Part shown: in pieces, positions 40,401 to 54,541 of the stretch | Layout: every line of letters begins with the position of its first letter | Position numbering within the stretch: the first letter of the stretch is position 1 | Origin: Auanema rhodensis | Taxonomy: Eukaryota > Animalia > Nematoda | Assembly (NCBI GenBank): GCA_964057225.1 | Contig: OZ059898.1 | Location: 15,934,001-15,998,000, forward strand | DNA: 64,000 bases | Direction of reading: 5' to 3' | Position numbers and translations under genes: made by a program | The notes under the pieces: generated by a model | The model's input: only the letters and a program-made list of their open reading frames with translations | Told to the model about the DNA's origin: nothing | Databases searched by the model: none

Positions 40401-43400
40401 GAACAGAGTGAAATGAAGTTGCATCGACTTGTTTTTAAAAATTTTGACCACTGAGCGGATCGAACGCCCAACATTTCGATCTGGAGTCGAACGCGCTACC
40501 ATTGCGCCAAGCAGTCATATTAGGGTTGCTTCCAAAGTGTTTCATAACTGCAAATCTGAGATGCTTCATGAACTTACAAGTTGGAACAGAGTAAAAGTGT
40601 TTCATAACTGCAAATCTGAGATGCTTCATGAACATAAAAGTTGGAACAGAGTAAAAGTGTTTCATAACTGCAAATCTGAGATGCTTCATGAAAATTAAAG
40701 TTGGAACAGAGTAAAAGTGTTTCATAACTACAAATCTGAGATGCTTCATGAAAATAAAAGTTGGAACAGAGTAAAATGAAGTTGCATCGACTTGTTTTTA
40801 AAAATTTTGACCACTGAGCGGATCGAACGCCCAACCTTTCGATCTGGAGTCGAACGCGCTACCATTGCGCCAAGCAGTCATATTAGGGTTGCTTCCAAAG
40901 TGTTTCATAACTGCAAATCTGAGATGCTTCATGAACATACAAGTTGGAACAGAGTAAAAGTGTTTCATAACTGCAAATCTGAGATGCTTCATGAACATAA
41001 AAGTTGGAACAGAGTAAAATGAAGTTGCATCGACTTGTTTTTAAAAATTTTGACCACTGAGCGGATCGAACGCCCAACCTTTCGATCTGGAGTCGAACGC
41101 GCTACCATTGCGCCAAGCAGTCATATTAGGGTTGCTTCCAAAGTGTTTCATAACTGCAAATCTGAGATGCTTCATGAACATAAAAGTTGGAACAGAGTAA
41201 AAGTGTTTCATAACTGCAAATCTGAGATGCTTCATGAACATAAAAGTTGGGACAGAGTAAAAGTGTTTCATAACTGCAAATCTGAGATGCTTCATGAACA
41301 TAAAAGTTGGAACAGAGTAAAATGAAGTTGCATCGACTTGTTTTTAAAAATTTTGACCACTGAGCGGATCGAACGCCCAACCTTTCGATCTGGAGTCGAA
41401 CGCGCTACCATTGCGCCAAGCAGTCATATTAGGGTTGCTTCCAAAGTGTTTCATAACTGCAAATCTGAGATGCTTCATGAACATAAAAGTTGGAACAGAG
41501 TAAAACTGTTTCATAACTGCAAATCTGAGATGCTTCATGAACATAAAAGTTGGAACAGAGTAAAAGTGTTTCATAACTGCAAATCTGAGATGCTTCATGA
41601 ACATAAAAGTTGGAACAGAGTAAAAGTGTTTCATAACTGCAAATCTGAGATGCTTCATGAACATAAAAGTTGGAACAGAGTAAAAGTGTTTCATAACTGC
41701 AAATCTGAGATGCTTCATGAACATAAAAGTTGGAACAGAGTAAAATGAAGTTGCATCGACTTGTTTTTAAAAATTTTGACCACTGAGCGGATCGAACACC
41801 CAACCTTTCGATCTGGAGTCGAACGCGCTACCATTGCGCCAAGCAGTCATATTAGGGTTGCTTCCAAAGTGTTTCATAACTGCAAATCTGAGATGCTTCA
41901 TGAACATAAAAGTTGGAACAGAGTAAAAGTGTTTCATAACTGCAAATCTGAGATGCTTCATGAACATAAAAGTTGGAACAGAGTAAAAGTGTTTCATAAC
42001 TGCAAATCTGAGATGCTTCATGAACATAAAAGTTGGAACAGAGTAAAATGAAGTTGCATCGACTTGTTTTTAAAAATTTTGACCACTGAGCGGATCGAAC
42101 GCCCAACCTTTCGATCTGGAGTCGAACGCGCTACCATTGCGCCAAGCAGTCATATTAGGGTTGCTTCCAAAGTGTTTCATAACTGCAAATCTGAAATGCT
42201 TCATGAACATAAAAGTTGGAACAGAGTAAAAGTGTTTCATAACTGCAAATCTGAGATGCTTCATGAACATAAAAGTTGGAACAGAGTAAAAGTGTTTCAT
42301 AACTGCAAATCTGAGATGCTTCATGAACATAAAAGTTGGAACAGAGTAAAATGAAGTTGCATCGACTTGTTTTTAAAAATTTTGACCACTGAGCGGATCG
42401 AACGCCCAACCTTTCGATCTGGAGTCGAACGCGCTACCATTGCGCCAAGCAGTCATATTAGGGTTGCTTCCAAAGTGTTTCATAACTGCAAATCTGAGAT
42501 GCTTCATGAACTTACAAGTTGGAACAGAGTAAAAGTGTTTCATAACTGCAAATCTGAGATGCTTCATGAACATAAAAGTTGGAACAGAGTAAAATGAAGT
42601 TGCATCGACTTGTTTTTAAAAATTTTGACCACTGAGCGGATCGAACGCCCAACCTTTCGATCTGGAGTCGAACGCGCTACCATTGCGCCAAGCAGTCATA
42701 TTAGGGTTGCTTCCAAAGTGTTTCATAACTGCAAATCTGAGATGCTTCATGAACATAAAAGTTGGAACAGAGTAAAAGTGTTTCATAACTGCAAATCTGA
42801 GATGCTTCATGAACATACAAGTTGGAACAGAGTAAAAGTGTTTCATAACTGCAAATCTGAGATGCTTCATGAACATAAAAGTTGGAACAGAGTAAAATGA
42901 AGTTGCATCGACTTGTTTTTAAAAATTTTGACCACTGAGCGGATCGAACGCCCAACCTTTCGATCTGGAGTCGAACGCGCTACCATTGCGCCAAGCAGTC
43001 ATATTAGGGTTGCTTCCAAAGTGTTTCATAACTGCAAATCTGAGATGCTTCATGAACTTACAAGTTGGAACAGAGTAATAGTGTTTCATAACTACAAATC
43101 TGAGATGCTTCATGAACATAAAAGTTGGAACAGAGTAAAATGAAGTTGCATCGACTTGTTTTTAAAAATTTTGACCACTGAGCGGATCGAACGCCCAACC
43201 TTTCGATCTGGAGTCGAACGCGCTACCATTGCGCCAAGCAGTCATATTAGGGTTGCTTCCAAAGTGTTTCATAACTGCAAATCTGAGATGCCTCATGAAC
43301 ATAAAAGTTCGAACAGAGTGAAATGAAGTTGCATCGACTTGTTTTTAAAAATTTTGACCACTGAGCGGATCGAACGCCCAACCTTTCGATCTGGAGTCGA

Positions 43401-46400
43401 ACGCGCTACCATTGCGCCAAGCAGTCATATTAGGGTTGCTTCCAAAGTGTTTCATAACTGCAAATCTGAGATGCTTCATGAACTTACAAGTTGGAACAGA
43501 GTAAAAGTGTTTCATAACTGCAAATCTGAGATGCTTCATGAACATAAAAGTTGGAACAGAGTAAAAGTGTTTCATAACTGCAAATCTGAGATGCTTCATG
43601 AACATAAAAGTTGGAACAGAGTAAAATGAAGTTGCATCGACTTGTTTTTAAAAATTTTGACCACTGAGCGGATCGAACGCCCAACCTTTCGATCTGGAGT
43701 CGAACGCGCTACCATTGCGCCAAGCAGTCATATTAGGGTTGCTTCCAAAGTGTTTCATAACTGCAAATCTGAGATGCTTCATGAACATACAAGTTGGAAA
43801 AGAGTAAAAGTGTTTCATAACTGCAAATCTGAGATGCTTCATGAACATAAAAGTTGGAACAGAGTAAAATGAAGTTGCATCGACTTGTTTTTAAAAATTT
43901 TGACCACTGAGCGGATCGAACGCCCAACCTTTCGATCTGGAGTCGAACGCGCTACCATTGCGCCAAGCAGTCATATTAGGGTTGCTTCCAAAGTGTTTCA
44001 TAACTGCAAATCTGAGATGCTTCATGAACATAAAAGTTGGAACAGAGTAAAAGTGTTTCATAACTGCAAATCTGAGATGCTTCATGAACATAAAAGTTGG
44101 AACAGAGTAAAATGAAGTTGCATCGACTTGTTTTTAAAAATTTTGACCACTGAGCGGATCGAACGCCCAACCTTTCGATCTGGAGTCGAACGCGCTACCA
44201 TTGCGCCAAGCAGTCATATTAGGGTTGCTTCCAAAGTGTTTCATAACTGCAAATCTGAGATGCTTCATGAACATAAAAGTTGGAACAGAGTAAAAGTGTT
44301 TCATAACTGCAAATCTGAGATGCTTCATGAACATAAAAGTTGGAACAGAGTAAAATGAAGTTGCATCGACTTGTTTTTAAAAATTTTGACCACTGAGCGG
44401 ATCGAACGCCCAACCTTTCGATCTGGAGTCGAACGCGCTACCATTGCGCCAAGCAGTCATATTAGGGTTGCTTCCAAAGTGTTTCATAACTGCAAATCTG
44501 AGATGCTTCATGAACTTACAAGTTGGAACAGAGTAAAAGTGTTTCATAACTGCAAATCTGAGATGCTTCATGAACATAAAAGTTGGAACAGAGTAAAAGT
44601 GTTTCATAACTGCAAATCTGAGATGCTTCATGAACATAAAAGTTGGAACAGAGTAAAATGAAGTTGCATCGACTTGTTTTTAAAAATTTTGACCACTGAG
44701 TGGATCGAACGCCCAACCTTTCGATCTGGAGTCGAACGCGCTACCATTGCGCCAAGCAGTCATATTAGGGTTGCTTCCAAAGTGTTTCATAACTGCAAAT
44801 CTGAGATGCTTCATGAACTTACAAGTTGGAACAGAGTAAAAGTGTTTCATAACTGCAAATCTGAGATGCTTCATGAACATAAAAGTTGGAACAGAGTAAA
44901 AGTGTTTCATAACTGCAAATCTGAGATGCTTCATGAAAATAAAAGTTGGAACAGAGTAAAAGTGTTTCATAACTACAAATCTGAGATGCTTCATGAACAT
45001 AAAAGTTGGAACAGAGTAAAATGAAGTTGCATCGACTTGTTTTTAAAAATTTTGACCACTGAGCGGATCGAACGCCCAACCTTTCGATCTGGAGTCGAAC
45101 GCGCTACCATTGCGCCAAGCAGTCATATTAGGGTTGCTTCCAAAGTGTTTCATAACTGCAAATCTGAGATGCTTCATGAACTTACAAGTTGGAACAGAGT
45201 AAAAGTGTTTCATAACTGCAAATCTGAGATGCTTCATGAACATAAAAGTTGGAACAGAGTAAAAGTGTTTCATAACTGCAAATCTGAGATGCTTCATGAA
45301 CATAAAAGTTGGAACAGAGTAAAATGAAGTTGCATCGACTTGTTTTTAAAAATTTTGACCACTGAGCGGATCGAACGCCCAACCTTTCGATCTGGAGTCG
45401 AACGCGCTACCATTGCGCCAAGCAGTCATATTAGGGTTGCTTCCAAAGTGTTTCATAACTGCAAATCTGAGATGCCTCATGAACATAAAAGTTCGAACAG
45501 AGTGAAATGAAGTTGCATCGACTTGTTTTTAAAAATTTTGACCACTGAGCGGATCGAACGCCCAACCTTTCGATCTGGAGTCGAACGCGCTACCATTGCG
45601 CCAAGCAGTCATATTAGGGTTGCTTCCAAAGTGTTTCATAACTGCAAATCTGAGATGCTTCATGAACTTACAAGTTGGAACAGAGTAAAAGTGTTTCATA
45701 ACTGCAAATCTGAGATGCTTCATGAACATAAAAGTTGGAACAGAGTAAAAGTGTTTCATAACTGCAAATCTGAGATGCTTCATGAAAATAAAAGTTGGAA
45801 CAGAGTAAAAGTGTTTCATAACTACAAATCTGAGATGCTTCATGAACATAAAAGTTGGAACAGAGTAAAATGAAGCTGCATCGACTTGTTTTTAAAAATT
45901 TTGACCACTGAGCGGATCGAACGCCCAACCTTTCGATCTGGAGTCGAACGCGCTACCATTGCGCCAAGCAGTCATATTAGGGTTGCTTCCAAAGTGTTTC
46001 ATAACTGCAAATCTGAGATGCTTCATGAACATACAAGTTGGAACAGAGTAAAAGTGTTTCATAACTGCAAATCTGAGATGCTTCATGAACATAAAAGTTG
46101 GAACAGAGTAAAATGAAGTTGCATCGACTTGTTTTTAAAAATTTTGACCACTGAGCGGATCGAACGCCCAACCTTTCGATCTGGAGTCGAACGCGCTACC
46201 ATTGCGCCAAGCAGTCATATTAGGGTTGCTTCCAAAGTGTTTCATAACTGCAAATCTGAGATGCTTCATGAACATAAAAGTTGGAACAGAGTAAAAGTGT
46301 TTCATAACTGCAAATCTGAGATGCTTCATGAACATAAAAGTTGGAACAGAGTAAAAGTGTTTCATAACTGCAAATCTGAGATGCTTCATGAACATAAAAG

Positions 46401-49400
46401 TTGGAACAGAGTAAAATGAAGTTGCATCGACTTGTTTTTAAAAATTTTGACCACTGAGCGGATCGAACGCCCAACCTTTCGATCTGGAGTCGAACGCGCT
46501 ACCATTGCGCCAAGCAGTCATATTAGGGTTGCTTCCAAAGTGTTTCATAACTGCAAATCTGAGATGCTTCATGAACATAAAAGTTGGAACAGAGTAAAAC
46601 TGTTTCATAACTGCAAATCTGAGATGCTTCATGAACATAAAAGTTGGAACAGAGTAAAAGTGTTTCATAACTGCAAATCTGAGATGCTTCATGAACATAA
46701 AAGTTGGAACAGAGTAAAATGAAGTTGCATCGACTTGTTTTTAAAAATTTTGACCACTGAGCGGATCGAACGCCCAACCTTTCGATCTGGAGTCGAACGC
46801 GCTACCATTGCGCCAAGCAGTCATATTAGGGTTGCTTCCAAAGTGTTTCATAACTGCAAATCTGAGATGCTTCATGAACATACAAGTTGGAAAAGAGTAA
46901 AAGTGTTTCATAACTGCAAATCTGAGATGCTTCATGAACATAAAAGTTGGAACAGAGTAAAATGAAGTTGCATCGACTTGTTTTTAAAAATTTTGACCAC
47001 TGAGCGGATCGAACGCCCAACCTTTCGATCTGGAGTCGAACGCGCTACCATTGCGCCAAGCAGTCATATTAGGGTTGCTTCCAAAGTGTTTCATAACTGC
47101 AAATCTGAGATGCTTCATGAACATAAAAGTTGGAACAGAGTAAAAGTGTTTCATAACTGCAAATCTGAGATGCTTCATGAACATAAAAGTTGGAACAGAG
47201 TAAAAGTGTTTCATAACTGCAAATCTGAGATGCTTCATGAACATAAAAGTTGGAACAGAGTAAAATGAAGTTGCATCGACTTGTTTTTAAAAATTTTGAC
47301 CACTGAGCGGATCGAACGCCCAACCTTTCGATCTGGAGTCGAACGCGCTACCATTGCGCCAAGCAGTCATATTAGGGTTGCTTCCAAAGTGTTTCATAAC
47401 TGCAAATCTGAGATGCTTCATGAACTTACAAGTTGGAACAGAGTAAAAGTGTTTCATAACTGCAAATCTGAGATGCTTCATGAACATAAAAGTTGGAACA
47501 GAGTAAAAGTGTTTCATAACTGCAAATCTGAGATGCTTCATGAACATAAAAGTTGGAACAGAGTAAAATGAAGTTGCATCGACTTGTTTTTAAAAATTTT
47601 GACCACTGAGTGGATCGAACGCCCAACCTTTCGATCTGGAGTCGAACGCGCTACCATTGCGCCAAGCAGTCATATTAGGGTTGCTTCCAAAGTGTTTCAT
47701 AACTGCAAATCTGAGATGCTTCATGAACTTACAAGTTGAAACAGAGTAAAAGTGTTTCATAACTGCAAATCTGAGATGCTTCATGAACATAAAAGTTGGA
47801 ACAGAGTAAAAGTGTTTCATAACTGCAAATCTGAGATGCTTCATGAAAATAAAAGTTGGAACAGAGTAAAAGTGTTTCATAACTACAAATCTGAGATGCT
47901 TCATGAACATAAAAGTTGGAACAGAGTAAAATGAAGTTGCATCGACTTGTTTTTAAAAATTTTGACCACTGAGCGGATCGAACGCCCAACCTTTCGATCT
48001 GGAGTCGAACGCGCTACCATTGCGCCAAGCAGTCATATTAGGGTTGCTTCCAAAGTGTTTCATAACTGCAAATCTGAGATGCTTCATGAACTTACAAGTT
48101 GGAACAGAGTAAAAGTGTTTCATAACTGCAAATCTGAGATGCTTCATGAACATAAAAGTTGGAACAGAGTAAAAGTGTTTCATAACTGCAAATCTGAGAT
48201 GCTTCATGAACATAAAAGTTGGAACAGAGTAAAATGAAGTTGCATCGACTTGTTTTTAAAAATTTTGACCACTGAGCGGATCGAACGCCCAACCTTTCGA
48301 TCTGGAGTCGAACGCGCTACCATTGCGCCAAGCAGTCATATTAGGGTTGCTTCCAAAGTGTTTCATAACTGCAAATCTGAGATGCTTCATGAACTTACAA
48401 GTTGGAACAGAGTAAAAGTGTTTCATAACTGCAAATCTGAGATGCTTCATGAACATAAAAGTTGGAACAGAGTAAAAGTGTTTCATAACTGCAAATCTGA
48501 GATGCTTCATGAAAATAAAAGTTGGAACAGAGTAAAAGTGTTTCATAACTACAAATCTGAGATGCTTCATGAACATAAAAGTTGGAACAGAGTAAAATGA
48601 AGTTGCATCGACTTGTTTTTAAAAATTTTGACCACTGAGCGGATCGAACGCCCAACCTTTCGATCTGGAGTCGAACGCGCTACCATTGCGCCAAGCAGTC
48701 ATATTAGGGTTGCTTCCAAAGTGTTTCATAACTGCAAATCTGAGATGCTTCATGAACATAAAAGTTGGAACAGAGTAAAATGAAGTTGCATCGACTTGTT
48801 TTTAAAAATTTTGACCACTGAGCGGATCGAACGCCCAACCTTTCGATCTGGAGTCGAACGCGCTACCATTGCGCCAAGCAGTCATATTAGGGTTGCTTCC
48901 AAAGTGTTTCATAACTGCAAATCTGAGATGCTTCATGAACTTACAAGTTGGAACAGAGTAAAAGTGTTTCATAACTGCAAATCTGAGATGCTTCATGAAC
49001 ATAAAAGTTGGAACAGAGTAAAAGTGTTTCATAACTGCAAATCTGAGATGCTTCATGAACATAAAAGTTGGAACAGAGTAAAAGTGTTTCATAACTGCAA
49101 ATCTGAGATGCTTCATGAAAATAAAAGTTGGAACAGAGTAAAAGTGTTTCAAAACTACAAATCTGAGATGCTTCATGAACATAAAAGTTGGAACAGAGTA
49201 AAATGAAGTTGCATCGACTTGTTTTTAAAAATTTTGACCACTGAGCGGATCGAACGCCCAACCTTTCGATCTGGAGTCGAACGCGCTACCATTGCGCCAA
49301 GCAGTCATATTAGGGTTGCTTCCAAAGTGTTTCATAACTGCAAATCTGAAATGCTTCATGAACTTACAAGTTGGAACAGAGTAAAAGTGTTTCATAACTG

Positions 49401-52400
49401 CAAATCTGAGATGCTTCATGAACATAAAAGTTGGAACAGAGTAAAAGTGTTTCATAACTGCAAATCTGAGATGCTTCATGAACATAAAAGTTGGAACAGA
49501 GTAAAATGAAGTTGCATCGACTTGTTTTTAAAAATTTTGACCACTGAGCGGATCGAACGCCCAACCTTTCGATCTGGAGTCGAACGCGCTACCATTGCGC
49601 CAAGCAGTCATATTAGGGTTGCTTCCAAAGTGTTTCATAACTGCAAATCTGAGATGCTTCATGAACTTACAAGTTGGAACAGAGTAAAAGTGTTTCATAA
49701 CTGCAAATCTGAGATGCTTCATGAACATAAAAGTTGGAACAGAGTAAAAGTGTTTCATAACTGCAAATCTGAGATGCTTCATGAAAATAAAAGTTGGAAC
49801 AGAGTAAAAGTGTTTCATAACTACAAATCTGAGATGCTTCATGAACATAAAAGTTGGAACAGAGTAAAATGAAGTTGCATCGACTTGTTTTTAAAAATTT
49901 TGACCACTGAGCGGATCGAACGCCCAACCTTTCGATCTGGAGTCGAACGCGCTACCATTGCGCCAAGCAGTCATATTAGGGTTGCTTCCAAAGTGTTTCA
50001 TAACTGCAAATCTGAGATGCTTCATGAACATAAAAGTTGGAACAGAGTAAAATGAAGTTGCATCGACTTGTTTTTAAAAATTTTGACCACTGAGCGGATC
50101 GAACGCCCAACCTTTCGATCTGGAGTCGAACGCGCTACCATTGCGCCAAGCAGTCATATTAGGGTTGCTTCCAAAGTGTTTCATAACTGCAAATCTGAGA
50201 TGCTTCATGAACTTACAAGTTGGAACAGAGTAAAAGTGTTTCATAACTGCAAATCTGAGATGCTTCATGAACATAAAAGTTGGAACAGAGTAAAAGTGTT
50301 TCATAACTGCAAATCTGAGATGCTTCATGAAAATAAAAGTTGGAACAGAGTAAAAGTGTTTCATAACTACAAATCTGAGATGCTTCATGAACATAAAAGT
50401 TGGAACAGAGTAAAATGAAGTTGCATCGACTTGTTTTTAAAAATTTTGACCACTGAGCGGATCGAACGCCCAACCTTTCGATCTGGAGTCGAACGCGCTA
50501 CCATTGCGCCAAGCAGTCATATTAGGGTTGCTTCCAAAGTGTTTCATAACTGCAAATCTGAGATGCTTCATGAACATACAAGTTGGAACAGAGTAAAAGT
50601 GTTTCATAACTGCAAATCTGAGATGCTTCATGAACATAAAAGTTGGAACAGAGTAAAATGAAGTTGCATCGACTTGTTTTTAAAAATTTTGACCACTGAG
50701 CGGATCGAACGCCCAACCTTTCGATCTGGAGTCGAACGCGCTACCATTGCGCCAAGCAGTCATATTAGGGTTGCTTCCAAAGTGTTTCATAACTGCAAAT
50801 CTGAGATGCTTCATGAACATAAAAGTTGGAACAGAGTAAAAGTGTTTCATAACTGCAAATCTGAGATGCTTCATGAACATAAAAGTTGGAACAGAGTAAA
50901 ATGAAGTTGCATCGACTTGTTTTTAAAAATTTTGACCACTGAGCGAATCGAACGCCCAACCTTTCGATCTGGAGTCGAACGCGCTACCATTGCGCCAAGC
51001 AGTCATATTAGGGTTGCTTCCAAAGTGTTTCATAACTGCAAATCTGAGATGCTTCATGAACATAAAAGTTGGAACAGAGTAAAACTGTTTCATAACTGCA
51101 AATCTGAGATGCTTCATGAACATAAAAGTTGGAACAGAGTAAAAGTGTTTCATAACTGCAAATCTGAGATGCTTCATGAACATAAAAGTTGGAACAGAGT
51201 AAAATGAAGTTGCATCGACTTGTTTTTAAAAATTTTGACCACTGAGCGGATCGAACGCCCAACCTTTCGATCTGGAGTCGAACGCGCTACCATTGCGCCA
51301 AGCAGTCATATTAGGGTTGCTTCCAAAGTGTTTCATAACTGCAAATCTGAGATGCTTCATGAACTTACAAGTTGGAACAGAGTAAAAGTGTTTCATAACT
51401 GCAAATCTGAGATGCTTCATGAACATAAAAGTTGGAACAGAGTAAAAGTGTTTCATAACTGCAAATCTGAGATGCTTCATGAAAATAAAAGTTGGAACAG
51501 AGTAAAAGTGTTTCATAACTACAAATCTGAGATGCTTCATGAACATAAAAGTTGGAACAGAGTAAAATGAAGTTGCATCGACTTGTTTTTAAAAATTTTG
51601 ACCACTGAGCGGATCGAACGCCCAACCTTTCGATCTGGAGTCGAACGCGCTACCATTGCGCCAAGCAGTCATATTAGGGTTGCTTCCAAAGTGTTTCATA
51701 ACTGCAAATCTGAGATGCTTCATGAACATACAAGTTGGAACAGAGTAAAAGTGTTTCATAACTGCAAATCTGAGATGCTTCATGAACATAAAAGTTGGAA
51801 CAGAGTAAAATGAAGTTGCATCGACTTGTTTTTAAAAATTTTGACCACTGAGCGGATTGAACGCCCAACCTTTCGATCTGGAGTCGAACGCGCTACCATT
51901 GCGCCAAGCAGTCATATTAGGGTTGCTTCCAAAGTGTTTCATAACTGCAAATCTGAGATGCTTCATGAACATAAAAGTTGGAACAGAGTAAAAGTGTTTC
52001 ATAACTGCAAATCTGAGATGCTTCATGAACATAAAAGTTGGAACAGAGTAAAAGTGTTTCATAACTGCAAATCTGAGATGCTTCATGAACATAAAAGTTG
52101 GAACAGAGTAAAATGAAGTTGCATCGACTTGTTTTTAAAAATTTTGACCACTGAGCGGATCGAACGCCCAACCTTTCGATCTGGAGTCGAACGCGCTACC
52201 ATTGCGCCAAGCAGTCATATTAGGGTTGCTTCCAAAGTGTTTCATAACTGCAAATCTGAGATGCTTCATGAACATAAAAGTTGGAACAGAGTAAAACTGT
52301 TTCATAACTGCAAATCTGAGATGCTTCATGAACATAAAAGTTGGAACAGAGTAAAAGTGTTTCATAACTGCAAATCTGAGATGCTTCATGAACATAAAAG

Positions 52401-54145
52401 TTGGAACAGAGTAAAATGAAGTTGCATCGACTTGTTTTTAAAAATTTTGACCACTGAGCGGATCGAACGCCCAACCTTTCGATCTGGAGTCGAACGCGCT
52501 ACCATTGCGCCAAGCAGTCATATTAGGGTTGCTTCCAAAGTGTTTCATAACTGCAAATCTGAGATGCTTCATGAACTTACAAGTTGGAACAGATTAAAAG
52601 TGTTTCATAACTGCAAATCTGAGATGCTTCATGAACATAAAAGTTGGAACAGAGTAAAAGTGTTTCATAACTGCAAATCTGAGATGCTTCATGAAAATAA
52701 AAGTTGGAACAGAGTAAAAGTGTTTCATAACTACAAATCTGAGATGCTTCATGAACATAAAAGTTGGAACAGAGTAAAATGAAGTTGCATCGACTTGTTT
52801 TTAAAAATTTTGACCACTGAGCGGATCGAACGCCCAACCTTTCGATCTGGAGTCGAACGCGCTACCATTGCGCCAAGCAGTCATATTAGGGTTGCTTCCA
52901 AAGTGTTTCATAACTGCAAATCTGAGATGCTTCATGAACATACAAGTTGGAACAGAGTAAAAGTGTTTCATAACTGCAAATCTGAGATGCTTCATGAACA
53001 TAAAAGTTGGAACAGAGTAAAATGAAGTTGCATCGACTTGTTTTTAAAAATTTTGACCACTGAGCGGATCGAACGCCCAACCTTTCGATCTGGAGTCGAA
53101 CGCGCTACCATTGCGCCAAGCAGTCATATTAGGGTTGCTTCCAAAGTGTTTCATAACTGCAAATCTGAGATGCTTCATGAACATAAAAGTTGGAACAGAG
53201 TAAAAGTGTTTCATAACTGCAAATCTGAGATGCTTCATGAACATAAAAGTTGGAACAGAGTAAAATGAAGTTGCATCGACTTGTTTTTAAAAATTTTGAC
53301 CACTGAGCGGATCGAACGCCCAACCTTTCGATCTGGAGTCGAACGCGCTACCATTGCGCCAAGCAGTCATATTAGGGTTGCTTCCAAAGTGTTTCATAAC
53401 TGCAAATCTAAGATGCTTCATGAACATAAAAGTTGGAACAGAGTAAAAGTGTTTCATAACTGCAAATCTGAGATGCTTCATGAACATAAAAGTTGGAACA
53501 GAGTAAAATGAAGTTGCATCGACTTGTTTTTAAAAATTTTGACCACTGAGCGGATCGAACGCCCAACCTTTCGATCTGGAGTCGAACGCGCTACCATTGC
53601 GCCAAGCAGTCATTTTAGGGTTGCTTCCAAAGTGTTTCATAACTGCAAATCTGAGATGCTTCATGAACATAAAAGTTGGAACAGAGTAAAAGTGTTTCAT
53701 AACTGCAAATCTGAGATGCTTCATGAACATAAAAGTTGGAACAGAGTAAAAGTGTTTCATAACTGCAAATCTGAGATGCTTCATGAACATAAAAGTTGGA
53801 ACAGAGTAAAAGTGTTTCATAACTGCAAATCTGAGATGCTTCATGAACATAAAAGTTGGAACAGAGTAAAATGAAGTTGCATCGACTTGTTTTTAAAAAT
53901 TTTGACCACTGAGCGGATCGAACGCCCAACCTTTCGATCTGGAGTCGAACGCGCTACCATTGCGCCAAGCAGTCATATTAGGGTTGCTTCCAAAGTGTTT
54001 CATAACTGCAAATCTGAGATGCTTCATGAACTTACAAGTTGGAACAGAGTAATAGTGTTTCATAACTACAAATCTGAGATGCTTCATGAACATAAAAGTT
54101 GGAACAGAGTAAAATGAAGTTGCATCGACTTGTTTTTAAAAATTT

Positions 54146-54211
54146 TGACCACTGAGCGGATCGAACGCCCAACCTTTCGATCTGGAGTCGAACGCGCTAC
54201 CATTGCGCCAA
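54146..54211 (-). pseudogene. tRNA-Trp copy disrupted by the transposon (nt 7-72 here; nt 1-15 at 57622-57636)
   Basis: The tRNA sequence breaks at ...CATTGCGCCAA|GGTGTT and resumes after the element as TTGCGCCAAGCAGTC. Confidence 0.9.
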
Positions 54212-54355
54212 GGTGTTCATACTTGTACACCGAATACATGTACACAAATCGTACATTTTGACATATACACTATTATTTTACATATACGTTTTTTACATGT
54301 ACGCATTTCGTACGCCGTACACCGAATACAATAATATATGATAATTAGGTAAATC
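54212..54355 (+). repeat. Left terminal inverted repeat
   Basis: GGTGTTCATACTTGTACACCGAATACATGTACACAAATCGTAC...TAATTAGGTAAATC is the near-perfect reverse complement of 57482-57621, with few mismatches and small indels. Confidence 0.92.
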
Positions 54356-54541
54356 TTGAAATTCCCAAAATTTACACCCTAAAATTCAAATTTATATTTT
54401 CCAATACTTCTTTATTTAGGTTCTACATCTCACAGTTTGTTTCTTTACTATGTTCAAACCTTTGAACTTGTGTTTGTAATAGAACATGTTGTTTTTGTTC
54501 AAGTTTTGTTCATGAATTAAGATTCAAGGTGACGAAGTTTC

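Noticed and set aside
54146-54222. Idea that the transposon end rebuilds the 5' end of the disrupted tRNA
   Set aside because: The TIR supplies AACACC in place of GACTGC, leaving three mismatches in the acceptor stem (5 of 7 pairs at best in a shifted register). The A and B boxes remain, but a normal tRNA is not restored.
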